Assembly (NCBI RefSeq): GCF_001194135.2
Contig: NC_068983.1
Coordinates: forward strand, 159,733,640 to 159,797,639
DNA length: 64,000 nucleotides
Direction of reading: 5' to 3'
Source: Octopus bimaculoides
Lineage: Eukaryota
Position 1 is the stretch's first letter; each line of letters opens with the position of its first letter. Shown here in pieces: positions 37,221 to 49,349 of this stretch. The notes under the pieces were generated by a model. That model had not been told where the DNA came from and ran no database searches. It worked only from the letters and a program-made list of their open reading frames with translations. The position numbers and the translations under genes were made by a program.

Positions 37221-38330
37221 TCACATATTATGTATGTATGTATGTATGTATGTATGTATGTATGTATGTATGTATGTACGTATGTATGTATGTATGTATG
37301 TATGTACGTACGTATGTATGAATGTATAAAACGCGCAGCTTATTGTGAAGCGAGTCTACTTATAGAAATATAACATATAAAACTAAGATATTTTTACTCT
37401 CTATTTTTACATGGTTATCTACCAAATTGACTGATGGATATGAATGCTGTTGATTAAATATTAGTTTTTAAAAATTACTGAAAAAAATTGGAGATTGCTT
37501 CTAACATTTATGTATCAACTAACAGTCACGTACATTTGATAAAAGATGTAATCACCAAAAAGACTACACTACATTCTACGTTTAAAACGAAGTTATCTGA
37601 AATTGTCGGGTTTTGATGCTTGACTTCAATCTGTGGTTCAGTAAATGTGTTTACACAAGGAAAAGTAACAATAGCAACCAACATAAACATCTTGCAATAT
37701 TTCTGTCTTCAATCGGTATTGAATTTAGGCATTCATACTTAATAATTAAACATTTCAAACATCTAAAATGAGAATATGGAAACATTTGAATAAGCTATAC
37801 CCTTGAGGCAGAAACCGACATTGCAGTGTAATCTGTACAATAATAGAACAATTCAAAGAACTACAATGCAATATAGTACACTTGACGTGGAAAATAATAC
37901 AATAGATATTACAATAGAAAAACATAACAGAATCTCAATGCCATCATATTTCTATAATTCATCATATTATGTGTGTTGATAAACATGTTTCCACCAAACA
38001 AAGACTACAATAACAGTTATATTAATTTTAAACAACATTACATATATTTTGCATTTAGTTGAAATTGCTCAGCAGATTCATACATGCATACACACATTCA
38101 TTAATGTATAAGTACTTACATAAATACATACACATACACAAGCATATACATATATATATATGTATATATATATATATACACATATATATATATACCCCCC
38201 CCCACATATATATATATATATGCCTAAATGCGTGTGTATGTATACAATATATTATACACACACACACACATATATCATATATATTGTTGGTGCTGTTAAC
38301 ATTATTATTAATATTAATATTATATTCATT

Positions 38331-38490
38331 ATTAAGGTGCTGAGCTGGCAGAATCGTTAGAATGCAGAGCAAAATTCATACTGGCATTGTTTTCCAACCT
38401 TTCGGGGTGGATCAAATATGTATCAGAGTACTGGAGTCGAGGTTTTCGACCATCTCCCCCCCCCCCCTAGAAATACTTGGCCTTGCCTCT
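38331..38490 (+). mobile_element. SINE family A, internally deleted
   Basis: TTAAGGTGCTGAGCTGGCAGAATCGTTAG..CCTTTCGGGGTGGAT..GGCCTTG. Confidence 0.7.
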
Positions 38491-38932
38491 ATCATTCAAC
38501 CACGGTAGTGTTTGAATATATTCTTGAGTCCACCATTTCATCAATCGCAGCAGCTTCCAAGCTTCACCACTAATTCAGTTCTCAACTAAATTGCAAATTG
38601 TTAATAGTTTTAAAGAGGACATCTCCTCAGCTACACTTTGGCGCAAATAGTTTGAAATGTGGTTCAGTAAGAAAAAAAGGTAAATCAAAATATCTGTGAC
38701 CTCAAGGAGAGCAGTAAGACAGGTAGTCATCTTCAATTAACATAAATTTTTTTAATTTTAAAATAAAAGTATACTTTTATTAGGCTTAAATGATAAAAAA
38801 ATGCATGATGAATTCAGAATTGTTAGTCGCATTGAATAAAAATAAGTAGAAAGTTATGGGGTCAAATGTAAGAAGTAACGCTTGAGCAATAAGAATATAA
38901 AGACTATATTGCTAAAATGAACCTTTTGCATT

Positions 38933-39060
38933 TTAAGGCGGTGGGCTGGCAGACCCGTTAGCGCGCCGGGCTGAAATGCTTAACGGTATTTCGCGTGTGT
39001 TTACATTTTGAGTTCAAATTCCGCCGAGGTCGACTTTTCCTTTTATCCATTTCGGATCTA
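38933..39060 (+). mobile_element. SINE family A 5' part
   Basis: TTAAGGCGGTGGGCTGGCAG..GAGTTCAAATTCCGCCGAGGTCGACTTT. Confidence 0.85.
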
Positions 39061-40166
39061 TTCAATTTCACGTACAGATTTAATTAGTTTTTTTTTTGTT
39101 TTTAACTAAACACTTTGAAACTTCCGATACTGGTACAATGTGTCACATACAACAGGGTTTATTCTTAACGTTTTTGACAAAATTTTGTATTTTAGACGTT
39201 ATTTCGTCACAAGTTATAGTGTGAGAATGGACAAATTCGTGTTTGATAAGTGCCAATACACGAAGCTATCAGCTTTTAACTTATTCTCTAACTTCTTCCC
39301 ATGATATATATACATATTATACATATATGTGTAAAAGAAATCTCATCACGCAATCAAACCAATGAAAGAGCCTTTACCTGGTCGTTCGACACGCTAAAAA
39401 TAGCAGCCAGTGTATCCCTCTACCTAAATCACTCGCCCATTGTACGTAATGTCCTACATTATCCCTAAAAAGACGGTTTGCTGACAGCTGGAATGTCTTT
39501 GATGATAGGTTTGTTGTATCAGGGTTGATTTGAGGCTAAATAACAACATTATGGTAAATTTCTATATTAACACCTGCACGATTTTTACTAAGAAAAAAAA
39601 AAAAGGATTTTTTGCGGGGAATCAAGTACCCTGACCACCTAATATGCTGCAAATCCCTTATTTTGCTTCGGAAAAAATGGGGGGGGGGCGAAGGGGTATC
39701 CCCCCAACCCCGGAATCATTGGAAATTTTTTTCGTTGAATGAATTCCTGTGATCTCCTAATATGCTACAAAATTCTTTGTGGATGGGTTATATCAAATAA
39801 TTCAATCACAATATATATTTAAATTAAACTTGAAAAAAAAATTGAAATATTATCATCACTTACATGGAAAAATTGAAATATTATCTTTCAGTATTTTATA
39901 AGGTAAAATCTAAAATCATTAATTGACACATTATTAATTATCTTATAACAGCAATGCCTGGAAAAATCATGGACTACATTGAAAAATGCGAGCATGAATA
40001 GTCATATTCTTAAGATTATAAACATGGAAAAGTACAGGACAAGTTATTACACCTGTAAAAGAATATGACAAGCTATTACTTCAAGTAAAGTAAAGAATAA
40101 GAAACTTTTTACTTAAAATATTGCAGCTAAAATTAAAATTTGAATATTCAAAATTATTTTATTATA

Positions 40167-40900
40167 TTGGGTTGGCAACTAAGTTCCCGACGTCTTTTAA
40201 AATTTATTTTCTTAAAAGTTTTAATAAAAATAACAACTAATTAATTAATAATGTATTCACTCTTGTCTACAACTTCTTCCTAACGTTCAACAAGGTTTTC
40301 AATACCTCGTTGGTAGAAATCACCTGATTTCGACTCGAAAAATTGATCCAACAAAGCTCTCAATTTTGCATCAGTAATGAACGAAACTCTGCGCATAGAA
40401 TTTGAAAGAGATCGAAAGAGGGGGAAATCCGTTGGTGCAAAATCTGGAGAGTACGGTGGGTGTGGCAGCACTTCCCAGTTATGCGTCTGAATGGCTTCCT
40501 TGGTCATATTGGCAATATGAGACCGGGCGTTGTCGTGCAGCAGAAGAACTCCATGATTACGATTAGGTATTTTCTCTTGAATAGCCGTGTTGAGTTTCTC
40601 CATCTGTTGAACATAGAGTTCCACTTTGACCGTTTGGCTCCGTTCAAGCAGTTCGTAATGGATAATCCCTTCCCAGTCCCACCCTACGCACAATATCGTT
40701 TTACGCAGATGAAGATCTTGTTTCACTCGCGGTGTCGCTTGAATTGAAAATTCGCCCCAAAAGGGGACAAGTCAGCAAGAGTCCAGTCGGCCTCGCCACA
40801 GAAATGTGAAAAAATTTCAGATACAACAATAGTATCTGTGAAAATTGCACAAAAACTTACACCTCACGAACACGTCCTTTCTCTTTGGAATTCACTAACA
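40167..40900 (-). mobile_element. Mariner (DD34D) transposon, internally deleted
   Basis: TA-TTGGGTTGGCAACTAAGTTCCC end. ORF 40280-40726 LCVGWDWEGIIHYELL..LLHDNARSH..HPPYSPDFAPTDF with 34 residues between the last two Asp. Confidence 0.95.
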
Positions 40901-40919
40901 GAGTTTGAATGATAATAAT

Positions 40920-40991
<72 letters not shown>

Positions 40992-42095
40992 CAATACTCA
41001 CGAAAAAGTGATAATTAAGAAATAATCTTACTGGCAACGACATCGAAGTGGAGCAAGCTAACACAAGGATATAACTGCAAGAAATAATTTTAAAACGTAA
41101 TTACATAACGTATACTGAACTAATTCGTCGATAAAATATGCTAATGTACATGGTTATTAACATATTACTCATTTAAATATATTCTAATACATTTAAATAA
41201 TGTTGTTATTAATTTAGAACTATATCCAGGAGAACGAGTTATACATAGCAGCAAAGAATATAATACAGCAAAAACTTCATAAACTAGAAACACTTAAGCA
41301 AGTATCTCCCTTACCATAATTAGCGTTACTATGAAGTCCAAACAAGCAACACACACTTTATTGTATTATATAAACAACAAACCCACCATGAATCAAGAAA
41401 CTAAGAACCCCAAAAGAAGTTCAACCTCTATTTCTGCTCTATTTAATATTATCCCAAAACTTAGTCAAAGAAGAGAAAATCGCATAAACTTCAAAGGATA
41501 TCTACACATATTTCTTCAAAGAATACAATGAAAACTTCCTATACCTGGATACAGCTCAGTAAAGAACAACTCTGCACTTGAGTGTGCTGTGATACCACTA
41601 AACTTAAAAGTAATTTAACAGACTCTATCAATCGGGACTATGATGTTAGACATAGTCTCAGCTAATTTTAGCCGGAACGTATCTAAGTTTATCTCAGTTT
41701 ATATATAAATTACGATCACAGTAAGAAAAAAATTCCGATTCTTCGTTTTGTGTTCCTACAACATGGACATGTATTATTTGATTCTGGTCAGTTCAGAGAA
41801 CCATAAAAACTGAAAACGCAGTCGTCTTTGAGAAGTGAGTCTTGGTTGGAATACATACATAAATACATACATACATACACCCTTATATATATACATACAT
41901 ATATATATATACGCCAATACACACACGTATGCATATATGTGCGCGTATGAAAAATGTTTTATTTATATGGTCACACAAAAATATTTCTACCCAAATATCA
42001 AAACTATACTATTATTTATTTATGTACGCATATTTGTGCATATTTTAACTAATAAAAAAATTAAATATATATACTCGTACATGCATTTATATATA

Positions 42096-42343
42096 CAGTA
42101 ATCCCTCAACAATAGTGGGTGTTACGTTCCAAAACCCATTGTGATAGGTGAAAGTCTGCGGAGTAGAAGCAGTACTGTACTGTATATTTTTTTCATTATT
42201 TTTATAATTTGTATATATTTATTTTATTATAAATGTAAAACAACATCACGGAAAATCGACGCAAGCTTAATTAATAAACCGCGACAGGTGAACCGCGATA
42301 GGTGAACCGCGATAGGTGAACTGCGATATGGCGAGGGATTACT

Positions 42344-42344
<1 letters not shown>
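42096..42344. mobile_element. Tigger/pogo-like MITE
   Basis: TA-CAGTAATCCCTC ... GAGGGATTACTG-TA, 249 bp, no ORF. Subterminal GGTGAACCGCGATA tandem repeats. Confidence 0.9.
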
Positions 42345-42385
<41 letters not shown>

Positions 42386-42630
42386 TTAATATCCAGAAAC
42401 CCGGGTCCGTGCGTATCACGTCAGATCGACGATGGGAAGGATGACTTCCCTTTGCAAATACCGACAGGGCACAGAAAGTGTGTCAATAACCATGCTGGAG
42501 GAGATGTTCTCCTGGGGCTACAAGCTACAATAGCATTCACCCTTAGGGGTTAGCCGCATTTAAGTGGAAAATATACTTCATGTTGTCGTGTAGCTACTGT
42601 TTATACCTCGTTCAGAGATTTATAATTGCT

Positions 42631-42665
<35 letters not shown>

Positions 42666-43189
42666 ATGAAAAAATGAGTAGAGATGACTTTTTGGGGCGG
42701 GGTGGGGATAATTATTATTTTAATCTTAATAATAATGTTTACAGTGAGTTACTCAGATATGAGTTTCGAGCTTCAAGTAGCCGTTTCGAACTCTATTCTT
42801 TATTAACCATTACTGTCGAAGATACAAAGGGGACGTACTGGACAGATTTGGTAGAAAAGCCAAAGCTGGAAAGCGCCTCATTAGATGGCAAAAATCGAAA
42901 GGTCTTAATATTTGATCTTGTCCGCGTTTCTGAGTTGACAGACAAGGGCTCAGGGGCCGATTGTTATAGCAATATGAAAGAAAACATGATTAAAAATTAC
43001 TGATAAAATATATAAATATCAAATGCAATAACAAAATGGAGGGACGTAGGCAACTCCACAAACTACGTCCCAACATTGATGCCTTGGTAATATGTATATG
43101 GTCTCGCTCAAGCAAGTTCATTCACTCTAAGCATGCTAGCAACGTTCTACCATTTTTTTTCATACATACTTGGTGACAAGCATCTCTTC

Positions 43190-43530
43190 TCCAGCCTCCT
43201 AAGAAGACCGAGTGCAGATATGAATAGCATATGGGAAGCGGTATTATGGAAGGATAGAAAAATATTACAATTATAAGTCCTAAAATTCACGCCCTAATTG
43301 CCCACGGGCATATGGCGTAGTGGTTAGGAGCACGGGCTACTAACCCCAAGATGCCAAGTTCGATTCCATTCCTGAATAATGAAAATAATAACATCGAAAG
43401 ATACCTTAGGAATGAGGACCCAGGTTCGAAATTTCTCCAAGACACCTGATGAAGGCTGGAGGGTATATCAGGCGAAGCGTTGTGTTAACAAACACGACGT
43501 GGACAAATATCCGTCGAATGTAAATAATTT
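43190..43530 (+). mobile_element. Penelope-like element 3' fragment: GIY-YIG tail, tRNA-like head, hammerhead motif
   Basis: GAGTGCAGATATGAATAGCATATGGGAA (as at 15985-16010), stop 43274-43276, head from 43306 with A box TGGCGTAGTGG, hammerhead motif 43441-43496 (GAAA changed to GAAG). Confidence 0.9.
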
Positions 43531-43988
43531 AAATAAACTACCCCCCCCCAAAAAAAAGTCATCTCTCCTAATTTTTTTCAACACTACATATAATACTGTA
43601 CCAAGAACTTTCTATTTACTATATATATACATGTATGTATATATATATATATATGTATGTTTGTATATATATATATATATATATAAACAAATAGTAAATG
43701 AGTATATGCATATATACGTACAGGTATGTGCATACCGACATCCACCTGTATGTATAGGGGCATATATGTTAATATATAAGCATATATACATATNNNNNNN
43801 NNNNNNNNNNNNNNNNNNNNNNNNNNNNNNNNNNNNNNNNNNNNNNNNNNNNNNNNNNNNNNNNNNNNNNNNNNNNNNNNNNNNNNNNNNNNNNNNNNNN
43901 NNNNNNNNNNNNNNNNNNNNNNNNNNNNNNNNNNNNNNNNNNNNNNNNNNNCAGCCTACCATATGTATATATACATATGTACATATAT

Positions 43989-44032
<44 letters not shown>

Positions 44033-44299
44033 ATATACCCGAAACTTTTATTTAACTAAAAGTAATGTCAAAAAATACGTTAACAACATAGAAAACTTTG
44101 GCTTATGTTGTGTGTTTGAAAAGATAATGACACCGCACTTTCCATGCAGACATCGTCGTATCATCTTTATATCTACCATCATGGGTGTATGTGTGTGTGT
44201 GTGTTTGTGTTTGCATGTATTTATGAAAATTCATTCACATGATGTCAAATTTGGACATTTGTCATGTAAGGAGAGTGTATTAAGAAGATGTTTGTGTGT

Positions 44300-44347
<48 letters not shown>

Positions 44348-44454
44348 GTGTGTGTGTGTGTAAGTATGTGTGCGTCTGAGCATGAAAATATATGTGGACT
44401 CATATGCACACACACGCAAACAGACATATATTAAATGTGTATATATATGTTCAC

Positions 44455-44507
44455 GGTGGTGCACCAGCATGACCGCAGCCACTTGGCTGAAACACATAAA
44501 TAAATAA

Positions 44508-44520
<13 letters not shown>
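44455..44520 (+). mobile_element. Extreme 3' terminus of the CR1/L2-like LINE (or SINE B) with (TAAA)n tail
   Basis: GGTGGTGCACCAGCATGACCGCAGCCACTTGGCTGAAAC + (TAAA)n. Confidence 0.7.
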
Positions 44521-44548
<28 letters not shown>

Positions 44549-44614
44549 NNNNNNNNNNNNNNNNNNNNNNNNNNNNNNNNNNNNNNNNNNNNNNNNNNNN
44601 NNNNNNNNNTGTGC

Positions 44615-44672
<58 letters not shown>

Positions 44673-44981
44673 TTGTGTGTGTGTTTGTGTGCGTGTGTGC
44701 GTGTGTGTGTGTGTTCGTCAGTATGTATGATTGTTTGTATATGGTTGATATATGTATGCTTTGATATGAAAATTCTTTTCACAAAGTTTATGACGGAACA
44801 CTATGACTCAAACTTCACGATCTTTGTATGGTTGGAAACCTAGATGATCGATAGCGTGACTTGCTAAAAGACAAGAGCCATATTGGTAAAACGTCTTTGT
44901 CCTCTCGGCACAATCCTCAATTTAGCATATTGTAAATGCTCCTGGGAACGTTACCGCTTGTAGTAGCAATTTCAAACTTAC

Positions 44982-45074
44982 TCTTCGTTGTCAACACAAC
45001 ACTAATGCTGATGATTATAAGGTATCGAAAAAGGATCCGAAGATATTCAACATTTACGGCAGTAACCAGACGAG
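44982..45074 (-). CDS. Candidate internal exon (93 nt, phase 1-1) of an unidentified host gene
   Basis: Acceptor catttcatgtatctttccttcag and donor AGA|gtaagt. Only one frame is open: xRLVTAVNVEYLRILFRYLIIISISVVLTTK. Confidence 0.5.
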
Positions 45075-45119
45075 CTGAAGGAAAGATACATGAAATGTAA
45101 TTTTTCTTTTACTTGTTTT

Positions 45120-45510
45120 ACACCAGCTGTGACGGTCATGGCAGGTCTTCCACATCTCTCATCGTCTCCCAGGGACTTACTTCCCCTTTTCAAGCCCTAG
45201 GTCCGCTCGAAACATTGCGTATGACCCATTTCCTCTTTACCGTAAACTTAACGAATCATGCGCAATGTCTCTGCAGCAGATTTCCCAAGTTTAACGTAAA
45301 ATTTTGCACTGGCTGTTTGTTTCTATTTATAACATAATCGCAGACTACAGCATACACGTGATCACAAACAAAAAACAAATTTCACAACACACGAAGCAAA
45401 CACAGTGATGTCACTCGGCACTGCTGGCTCTCAATGCGTACGCAACCGTGTACTGCTATCTGTTGGCGTGCAACAGAACTCATCCGGGAACTTTTTGATA
45501 CCACCTCGTA
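45120..45510 (-). mobile_element. Mariner 5' end (TIR and HTH)
   Basis: Reverse-complement TIR TACGAGGTGGTATCAAAAAGTTCCCGGA. Translation KFYVKLGKSAAETLRMI..SLGDDERCGRP. TIR type as at 7414. Confidence 0.85.
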
Positions 45511-46244
45511 TGTATGTATAGGTACATAAAACAACAATTACAGTATTCGTTACTCCTCGAAGTACCTTTTTAAGAGAATTAGTTCATACTGTTTGAATAC
45601 CCAACGAAGTTTCTGGGATATTAAATGTATTACATTCATTTAATCTTTTAAAACCACGTCCTTGTATTTTGATCAAGATAATCTAATGTACACATAACAA
45701 AAGTCATTAAGAATATCACTCTAGTCTAGGCATGCTATAAACAGGACTCTTGTTATTTTGTATTTTCACCTTCATTTAAGCGTCCTCTACGTTTTCCTTT
45801 ACCAAAATTTTGACTTACATCCCCAACGCTAATAGGTTTGTTGGGTTAAAGATATTTTATATGGTTTTGTCTAACCATATTTGTACTGGAATTTCTAATC
45901 TGCCGCTATCGATTCCTTGGCCACTATCAATTCCTTGATATGCAGATCTCATTCGTTCTATGTTTGGAAATTGATCACCTTTCCAATACTGAAGTGCACC
46001 CCTGTTGATTGACATTCCTGTTTCTAATCATTTACGTGTTAGGTTTTTTACCATCGTTTACAGAGTATGATGCATTATGAAACCCAACGGAACACTTCCA
46101 GATCCTAGCTTAGCTCTACATTTCAAACACAACATTTTCCATATTGTAGATTTATATACTATGAGCTACAAAATAAAATCTTTGCAGTACTTCAAATTCT
46201 TGGTCTATTGAGAGTTACTCCAAAATCTTTTCTGNNNNNNNNNN

Positions 46245-46411
46245 TACACGACGGGCTTCTTTCAGTTTCCGTCTACCAAATCCACTCTCAAGGCTTTGGT
46301 CGGCCCGAGGCTATAGTAGAAGACACTTGCCCAAGGTGCCACGCAGTGGGACTGAACCCGGAACCATATGGTTGGTAAGCAAGCTACTTACCACACAGCC
46401 ACTCCTCCGCC
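46245..46411 (-). mobile_element. tRNA-derived SINE family C, well preserved 5' part
   Basis: Reverse complement GGAGTGGCTGTGTGGTAAG (A box), GGTTCAGTCCC (B box), CACCTTGGGCAAGTGTCTTCTACTATAGCC. Confidence 0.9.
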
Positions 46412-46760
46412 TAGTTAGCTCTTTTAAATGGAACAGATAAATTTAACGCATTCAGTTAACTAAATGCTAAGAAATAGCAATTGCATTGTGATCTTTTTAA
46501 TTAGTTTTAATGAGAATAAGTTTTTCTCAGAGTGATTAAGATGTATTATATATATTTGGCGATTTGTTATAAGAGATGGCGCAGATTTTCTTGTCTACAT
46601 TATTTAATATTTATGAACCCACATTGGATAGTGGAAGTTGCGATCTCTCTACCTTTCCCACTGTTTCTCTTTCTCCCATTTTCTATGTATGTATATGCAT
46701 GTACATATACACGCATATAACAACATCACATGTATATGTATACGCGGATACACACACACA

Positions 46761-47050
46761 TGTGAAGGCGCGTGGCTTAGTGGTTATGGTATTCGGCTCC
46801 CGATCGTAAGTTTCATTCCCGGCACTGCGTCGTGCCCTTGTGAAAGACACTTTATTTAATGTTGCTCCAACGATGAGCTGTACCTGTAGTTCAAATGGCC
46901 AGCTTTGTCGCATCCTGTGTCACATTGGAACTCCCACCAAACTACGCTAAGAGTATGTGAGTCTGTGAAATACATGCAAATTCCATGAGCTGGCTGTTCC
47001 GTCGATCGTATTGACTGGAACACTCGTCGTCGTAAAACGACGGACAGTTA
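46761..47050 (+). mobile_element. tRNA-derived SINE family D
   Basis: GTGAAGGCGCGTGGCTTAGTGGTTATGGTATTCGGCTC..ACTGGAACACTCGTCGTCGTAA. Confidence 0.8.
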
Positions 47051-48009
47051 GTCCATGTACATTCAAAATTGCTAAATAATTTGGTATCATCTATGTTTGT
47101 AACTTATCAAAGTTAGATGTTACATATAAGAATCATTTGTAATCACTCTTGAATAAGCGGCTCCAAGTTATTTATATGAAATAATTTCTGAACTATAATT
47201 TGAACGAGGAAGGAAATGCAAATACTTCTGTCAAAACAATTGAACTTTGAAGTATGAGACTTCCAAATAGATAACTCGTGATAAACTGATTTCTGTGTCG
47301 TTGTTCGTTCACGAAATACATCCACAGCCATTATTGTGTAGAAGAAATAATGTTGGCAATCAACTGTCTTGCATCGAAATATGCTTACATACAAACATAT
47401 ACAATTAGAAGACATGGACATGTGCATGGGGGTGTCCGCATGCATTTATGCGTGTGTGCTAGTTGAGAAGAAACGCTGGGAACATTTCAAGTTCGTAGAA
47501 GAAAGGAAAGTACATTTTCAAGCCAATATACTGTCTACTCAGCACTTTACATTCTGATTTCAAATCCCACTCATGTTAACTTTACTTACCATACTTCCAC
47601 CGTCGATGAAAATTTTACCAGGTCACGTAATGGAATCAATGGTATTAACTAATATCTCCCCTTAAGTGCTATTGGTCTCGTACCTCAATTACAAACATTA
47701 TTGTTTTCATATAGAGCGTTTAATGGAAACAAGTTACGTTGATGCTTAGCCAAGTTATCCTTATGACTTGAGCTGACCAATATCGGTTGAAAAATTCTAA
47801 CCCAGTAACCACTTCAAAATTTCTTTTGCATTGTACTCACTCTGGGCTCATATATTTGAGGATATGCGCACGTTCTGTGCCTGAAAATTTTTAAGGAGCT
47901 AAATCAAGCTGCTATTAACTACCGACAACTAAATGTAACTGATGCCTTGTTTCGTTTATTGACCTACTCGTATAACAGCTGCTAGCTCTGTCAAGCACTA
48001 CCCTTAGAC

Positions 48010-48530
48010 GAGCGATAAACCATTGAAGATGCAAAGACAACTAGTATGTGAGGCATTCTCCCGACATTTTACAAGCTTTATTTCACACGCCTTAGTGAGA
48101 AGACGGAAAATGCAATCAAGTCCGTTCTTCTAGAACCCGACCTTCAGGACATCTGCAGGGAGATTCGAATACAAGTTACGAAAAACCCTCTCAAAAAAAG
48201 AAATCTTGTGAATTGCAAAGCTGAATTAAACATCATCCAAATGATCAGATTTCAGAATAGTATTAATACCTTCCTAAAACCTTTAATTCATTACATGGCA
48301 CAATGCAAAGAAGCATTTGATGTGAATATTCTCACCAACAAAGCAAATAAGATATACAAAGCAAATAAGATATACAAAGCAAACACCATACACATTTTTT
48401 GTTATAAGTACCATCACAAAAGATTACAAAAATCAAATGTCTTAACATAAACCGATATGAACACCGAAGCGAAAAGGTTACCACCCGCCTAAAGAGAGAA
48501 AATCTTATTGACTGCTTCACCATCTAAACA
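48010..48530 (+). mobile_element. Highly degenerate L1/Tx1-like ORF2 fragment (pre-RT region)
   Basis: EAFSRHF..ENAIKSVL..PNDQ..TDMNTEAKRLPTRLK resembles the DYKILAKxLAxRL region. Confidence 0.4.
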
Positions 48531-49349
48531 AACGTATCTTCGATGATACTTTGATATAAGAAAAATTGCAGGATTGATTCAATAACAACAGAGGGCTATA
48601 GTAATTAACTTGTAGCGTGACATTGAGAATACAGCAGGTTGAAAAGACACTCAATTTGATGATACCCATTCCACCTGTCATCCAAAAACTGTGCGTGTGC
48701 AGGAGAATATCTATAAACCTATATACACACATTCATGAATAATTAAGCACTTACATATATATATATACTTAATATTCTATACTGATAGTCTTGTTCCTCT
48801 ACAATTCTGAAAACTACTCAAACAAGCTCAAAAGTTATTATTGCAAGAATCAATTTATTCATATTCTTACATCATCACCATTCTTTCAGCAAAGAGAATG
48901 ATCACTGAATTTCATCAGAGAAAATATCGTTTAGGAAACAGTGAATAGGGTTAACTGACATTCCTTTTGTCGGGAGGTGAAGTGGAAAACGTTAAAGATG
49001 TTTTATGGTAAAAAAAATGGGAGGTATAATATCTACGAAATACACATTGCAGATGAAAATAAAGTGATTATTAATCTCTAATCTCTATATTATCAGTGTT
49101 ATTTTTATATGCATAACTATTATATTTTTCTGCTTTTCTCTTATAACTTGCTATAATTATTATACTCATTTCTTTTTAATCTAAAACCTGTTAATTGTCT
49201 AACGTACATATTTCATGCTTTTTACTTTGTATTTTTTAGAAGTTACACTTAAACTGAAATTTTAATTTTAATATTATCGCTCCTTTAAAAAAAGAGGACT
49301 AGGAATGTATAATAGAGATGGGACAAAGTAATATTAAAAGAAACAAGAG

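Noticed and set aside
40861-40894. 34-nt minus-strand exon with a gtaagt donor
   Set aside because: It falls within the N-terminal region of the mariner remnant, and its phase does not bridge the other candidates.
42285-42330. CRISPR-like or iteron-like repeat
   Set aside because: Units are directly adjacent with no spacers and lie inside a MITE in eukaryotic DNA.
43041-43071. GGGACGTAG/CTACGTCCC hairpin as a terminator or regulatory element
   Set aside because: A single 9-bp stem with no T tract and no recurrence in the window is compatible with chance.
47520-47700. Minus-strand exon with an ATG|gtaagt donor
   Set aside because: The segment is a decayed SINE family A copy on the plus strand.
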